Origin: Macrostomum lignano
Lineage: Eukaryota
Assembly: GCA_002269645.1 (NCBI GenBank)
Contig: NIVC01002292.1
Coordinates: 549-64,548, forward strand
Direction of reading: 5' to 3'
DNA: 64,000 nt
Shown here in pieces: positions 59,501-64,000 of this stretch (position 1 is its first letter; every line of letters begins with the position of its first letter). A program made the translations under genes and the position numbers. The notes beneath the pieces are model-generated. The model had not been told where the DNA came from and did not search any database. It saw nothing but the letters and a program-made list of their open reading frames with translations.

Positions 59501-61797
59501 CACTCTGCCGAACAGCCCGACCGAGTACTGCGCCAAGTTCATTAACTTGCCCTTCCACGACACAGACGGAAAGGACGTCAGAAATCACAAAGTCGCAGAC
59601 AATATCAAGGCTGAACTGAATCTGTGCGGACTGAAACACGAAAACATTGCAAAATTTGTTGAAATATGCTACAATGCCGATAGCCTGCAGATCACTGTTG
59701 TGATGGAGCGCGTCTACGGTAAAACGCTGAAAAATTTTCTTAATGGAGAACCTGTTCAAATCGAAGTGAACCGAAAGCTAACAACCCAGGTGAGACTTGC
59801 CTAGATTTGAAAGTTAGAGAAGAATTTCATTTTAAACTCTCAAGTGGAAACCCTGCTTACAGATCTGCAGCGCTCTACAGTATATGCACAGCATGGGTGT
59901 TGTTCACCGGGACATCAACGGCAACAACATCCTTATAGATGGAAATAAACTGGTGAAGCTTATCGACTTTGGTCTGTCTCGCAGGCTGTGCGAATCGGAC
60001 ACGCACTGCCTGGAGAGCAGCACGATGCCGAAAGGGACTCTCCACTTCCTGGCTCCGGAGAGATTCGGCGGAGACGACCAGGAGGGCGGCAGCTCCGGTC
60101 GAATCTGCCCCAAATCGGACGTCTGGGCCCTCGGTTGCATCGTGTACTACATGGCAAATGGCAGAGTGCCGTATGACAACATAAAAAGCTTCGTGCATCT
60201 TGGCAGCAAAATTTCAACGTTCGGCGCTCCTTCACTGGCGAGTTCACCGGAGACATGCGACATCAACATGATAGATTTTTACGGCTGCTGTACAGACAAG
60301 AATTACAAAACTCGAAAGTCGTCAGCTGAGCTGCTCAAGCATCCATTTATCGTGTGCAGTACGTGCAGATTAAGTTGTTGAATCAATTTAAATATTTTAG
60401 TATATACTAGGTTTAAGTATAGCAAACCTTTAGTTCACTAAGGGGATGGGGTGAGTAGCAAAGCGCTAAAACACGTCATACCTGATGACGAGAGTGTCCG
60501 GGCCGCTCAAAGCTCTCAGGATGTACCTGCGTGTGTTAAGATCTACTTTGATCCTAATTTGCGGTTGCACTCAAAGGTTCTCTTGCGATCGCAGACTATT
60601 AAACTCATACTCATCAGTAGCTGTCACTAGCTGACTATATAGTTTAGGCCCTGCTTCTAGTACAGATATTAATTGGAAAACTGATGACAATCATTTCATC
60701 CAAACGAAATAAAAAAATTTTAGATTCTGACCATTTGGCCGTAAAAAGTCAGAATAGCAATGACGATGACAATGAGAAAGGCAGCGGTCCAGACGGAGGC
60801 GATTGCAAGCGCAGGCCAAATGCAGGCCACGGAGATGGCACAAATGATCCCAGAGGAGCCGCTTCTAATGACGGAGGTGGTCGAGGCGGGCCAAGTGGCA
60901 GCTCTGAAGGCAGCATATTGAATAACCCCGGAGCCGTTGCGTCTCAGAGGTTGGTCCCTGACAGACTAAAAGTATATTTGATATATTTGCATCACCAGAA
61001 GAACAAATCGCTATTGCAGAACCGCTGAAGACGACGACCGATACCCAGTGACGTCTCCGCGACGGGGTGTTTGTCTAATAATCAACGTTGAAAAGTATGA
61101 CAGGAGGTCACTCCTCGAGGATCGGGAAGGATCTCGCTTGGACGTAGATAGGCTATCAACACTGTTCTCAAAGATGGCTTATAATGTCCAGTTGGCGGAA
61201 AATCCAACTAGTCAGGAGATGCCGGAACAAGTTCACGCGGCTTCAGTTGAATTTGGCCGTTCCAACCTCGGCTGCTTTGTGTGCGTCATCATGGCTCACG
61301 GCTCTAGTGGGGAAGTCTATGGAAGCGATGGAGAATCCGTAGGCTTAGAATCAATTATGCGGCCTCTGTACCCTGTTCACTGCACCAGTCTGCTCAACAA
61401 GCCAAAAATTTTCATTATTCAAGCGTGTCGTGGATTTAATGCTGACGAGTCGCGCTTTACATCAAATCGCACGGAAGATTCCAGATTCAGCCCTTATAAA
61501 AAAGATTTTCTGGTCTGCCATTCAAGCACTAAGGGCGAAACAGCCCATCGGGATCGGTATAATGGCTCACTGTTCGTACAGACATTCTGCGACGTCATTC
61601 GTGACCGGTTTCGTCACGATCATCTGACGGACATTATGGCCAATGTAAACTGCAGACTAATGAAGGCTCAATCTTCAGCTCGGCATGGGTTCGATGATAT
61701 TGTTGTATCCGAGTACTGCTCGACCCTGACAAAGAAGTGCTACCTGGATTCTGATATAGTAACAGATGTAAGGGTTAATTCTGAGGAGGACATGTAG
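56570..61797 (+). CDS. Ankyrin repeat - STE/MAP3K-like kinase - caspase fusion protein (9 exons, 1047 aa predicted)
   Basis: join(56570-56584, 57404-57903, 57989-58025, 58299-58768, 58986-59246, 59429-59789, 59863-60358, 60724-60949, 61020-61797) = 3144 nt. All introns are GT-AG and phase-matched (0,2,0,2,2,0,1,2). The ORF-track stops at 57907, 58772 and 59250 fall inside GTGAG donor sites. Confidence 0.78.
57404..58768 (+). CDS. Ankyrin-repeat exons of the fusion gene
   Basis: DENGDSLAHLAARHGN, NNKGLTPFMEAA, EGRTALDMA, DGAGKTALM, DANGWSSLHSAA, DHRNWTALMQAA, DNSGSTALYYA. Confidence 0.92.
59429..60358 (+). CDS. Ser/Thr protein kinase domain (STE/MAP3K-like), two exons
   Basis: IGRGAFGTV, YCAK, alphaC Glu (KAEL), HRDINGNNIL, DFG, GTLHFLAPE, SDVWALGC, ELLKHPF. 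Confidence 0.93.
61020..61797 (+). CDS. Caspase (peptidase C14A) domain, terminal exon
   Basis: RGVCLIIN, REGSRLDVDRL, CFVCVIMAHG (catalytic His), KPKIFIIQACRG (catalytic Cys), DFLVCHSS, GSLFVQTFC, STLTKKCY. Confidence 0.95.
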
Positions 61798-62698
61798 GAC
61801 CTGAAAGTGTCTCATTTGTAGCTTCTACTAAAATTTGGAACCATAAATTTGGGAAACGTTGAATATTTTTGTTCTGCCAGTTTTTCATTAGATTTGCATT
61901 AGATCGACTGATAACGCGTCATACAGTGTAATGCAAATGCACGTATCTGTCAACGTCGAACGTCGGCCAGACTTGCATGTATTGATATAGTTCAGGTGCT
62001 GTGGCTTATATCAGAAATCCTTTGCTATAGTGGCAATCTAGAATTAATTTCGCAAAGGAGACTGTCAGGCCTCAGAAAATTACTACTTAAAATTACTAAT
62101 TATCTTCTAATCGGACATTTTGTCCGCCATCTGTTTACTCCATCTGATCTACCCGCTATTTTACGCCTAAGAAACGATGTTTGTGATCGTTTAATTTGCA
62201 TGCTAAATTGTCATTTTGTATTTTAGGTTAAGTTCTCTGTAGATCCACGTTCGTCTAAGTCTTTAAATTGTAACGTTTCACATATTTTTATTTTACTACG
62301 AGCAATATACTGTAGGTTTGATTCCGAACACAAATTGCAACTACAGATAAGGTGACAAATAAAATGAAATCTGCCAATTCGAACATGCAAAGTTTACAAG
62401 CCATTGTGAATTATTACCCCCTTGTAACTTCGTTTATCCAGGCGAGTGGCTTGTTGTACAAGAAGTACAAGAAACTGTGAATTTTACGTATTTAATTGCC
62501 CTGGATGAAAGGACTCTTATCGAGCTTGTGTCGAGTGTTAACGACTCCACACTTTAGGAGCAACTCTATGGCCCAAACCCGGGGGACCAGGCCGCTACGA
62601 TCTTATGATCTGAAAGCAGCTAGCTACATAAAATACTCTCATCGCTGCATTAGCTGAACGAGAACTCAAGCCAGCGTGCTCAACTTGCTGCCATCATC

Positions 62699-63028
62699 AT
62701 GTCCTCATCTGACCGTAACATCGACCGGAAATGCGACGAAGTTCGCAGTAAAATCGAAGCCAAGCTGCAAGCCTCCGGCGAGCAGGACCGGATCCGGCGC
62801 CACATCCGGGCGGCTCTGAACAGCTCGGGCTGGATGGACGAAGTGAAAAGCCAGTGCCGAGATCTCATCCGGGCCAAAGGGGTCGAGTACTGCACTGTGG
62901 AGGAAATTGTCGAGGCGGTGCTGCCGCAGGCCAGAGAGCGGGTGCCGAAGGAGCTCAAGCAGGAGGTGCTGGACCTGCTATGGAAGTTTGTCGACACGCA
63001 CGACATTGGACTTGGAGATGACTGCTGA
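62699..63028 (+). CDS. ENY2: ENY2/Sus1 (SAGA and TREX-2 subunit)
   Basis: 109 aa: KLQASGEQDRIR...LNSSGWMDEVKSQCRDLI...TVEEIVEAVLPQARERVPKELKQEVL matches the ENY2 pattern. Confidence 0.9.
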   Translation: MSSSDRNIDRKCDEVRSKIEAKLQASGEQDRIRRHIRAALNSSGWMDEVKSQCRDLIRAKGVEYCTVEEIVEAVLPQARERVPKELKQEVLDLLWKFVDTHDIGLGDDC

Positions 63029-64000
63029 TTACGTCACACAATGTACTGATTTTCATCGAGAAACTTAGAACCAATTACAATTCAGTTCGTCAGGGGCTTC
63101 GTTTTATTTAGCACCGCTTTCATGCTTCTTATAGTAGTCTCCATGTACTGATTTCGATGTGGTATTTTAACAGCAGTCGATTGAAATTTCTGTGCTCGTG
63201 CCGAGTGCACTAGAAGACTTTTTGTTCTTAATGTAGCATTGAAATAAGAGATTATTTTTAGTACACTATGCATTGATTTCGTATTGAAATTGTAACCAAA
63301 TAGTAAAGATGAAATCAAAATTACATGTATTTGCGCCTAAGCGACATAAAAACAGTTATTTATTCGCTTTTCTTGATTTATTTTGGTGACGCGCCTTTAT
63401 CTGCAAAAAATGCTGCCAATTATTGGAATTCCAAGTCTACAGATAAAACTCTACTGCAGCATTTCGTATGGCTGGCGAGCGAACAGGACTTGAACTCTAT
63501 AGAAACCCTTTCTCTGAAACTTTCTGCGGTAATTATGCATTATCCGTGAAGTATTCTGACGCCCGCCGACGACGGAACCGAGTACAGATCCATGTGTACC
63601 TAACGTTGAAGGACGCCGCTGGCATATTTATAGTACATGTAGGATAGTTTGACATTACGCCAACGGATAACGACGTCATTACATAAAAGCAGAAACGTCG
63701 ACGCATTTTACATTTAAAAGTACTTAATTTGCTTGATTACATTGTTGGTTTACCGCGTGCACATCGCACGTGCTACAAGGAAAGCAGTGTAGCAAACTCT
63801 AGAAGGGGAAAGTCAGCCCAATGGGTCGTCCAGTTACCATATAATCACCATGACTATGATGCTGTCACACGAAAGCCTCGAGGAAACTCGGGGAATTATA
63901 TTTATTTATTCATTGCCCTCACTAGACCATACAAGTTGCCACGTTGCCACGCCTGAATTAAAAAAAGCTGCTCTTTACTGTCCTATGTTCAGCTCATGAT

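Overview
Eukaryotic (animal) genomic DNA with GT-AG introns of about 60-70 nt to 2 kb, GC-rich exons and dense minisatellites. This pattern suggests a free-living flatworm such as Macrostomum (inference only). Spliced gene models built by hand: an atypical Rab-like GTPase, a YADF-repeat neuropeptide precursor missing from the ORF track in its true frame, Yorkie/YAP, a THAP-domain protein, a secreted four-helix cytokine-like protein, a single-WSC secreted protein, an NHL/beta-propeller protein, cyclophilin B and ENY2. There is also a 9-exon, phase-consistent gene predicted to fuse ankyrin repeats, a MAP3K/STE-like kinase and a catalytically intact caspase in one 1047-aa chain. Mobile DNA includes a frameshifted PHD-APE-RT-RNaseH LINE, a tRNA-derived SINE family, hAT and Harbinger MITEs with TSDs, a hAT element carrying a P-type transposase fragment, and Gypsy remnants. 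Two sharply bounded blocks (about 1-4600 and about 50243-51576) are almost stripped of CpG. Paired repeat copies and a fossil Arg-rich ORF show directional CpG->TpG/CpA decay, sometimes CG->TA, which suggests targeted methylation/deamination or RIP-like hypermutation. Top candidates: the ANK-kinase-caspase fusion, the CpG-erased blocks, the YADF neuropeptide and the cytokine-like protein.
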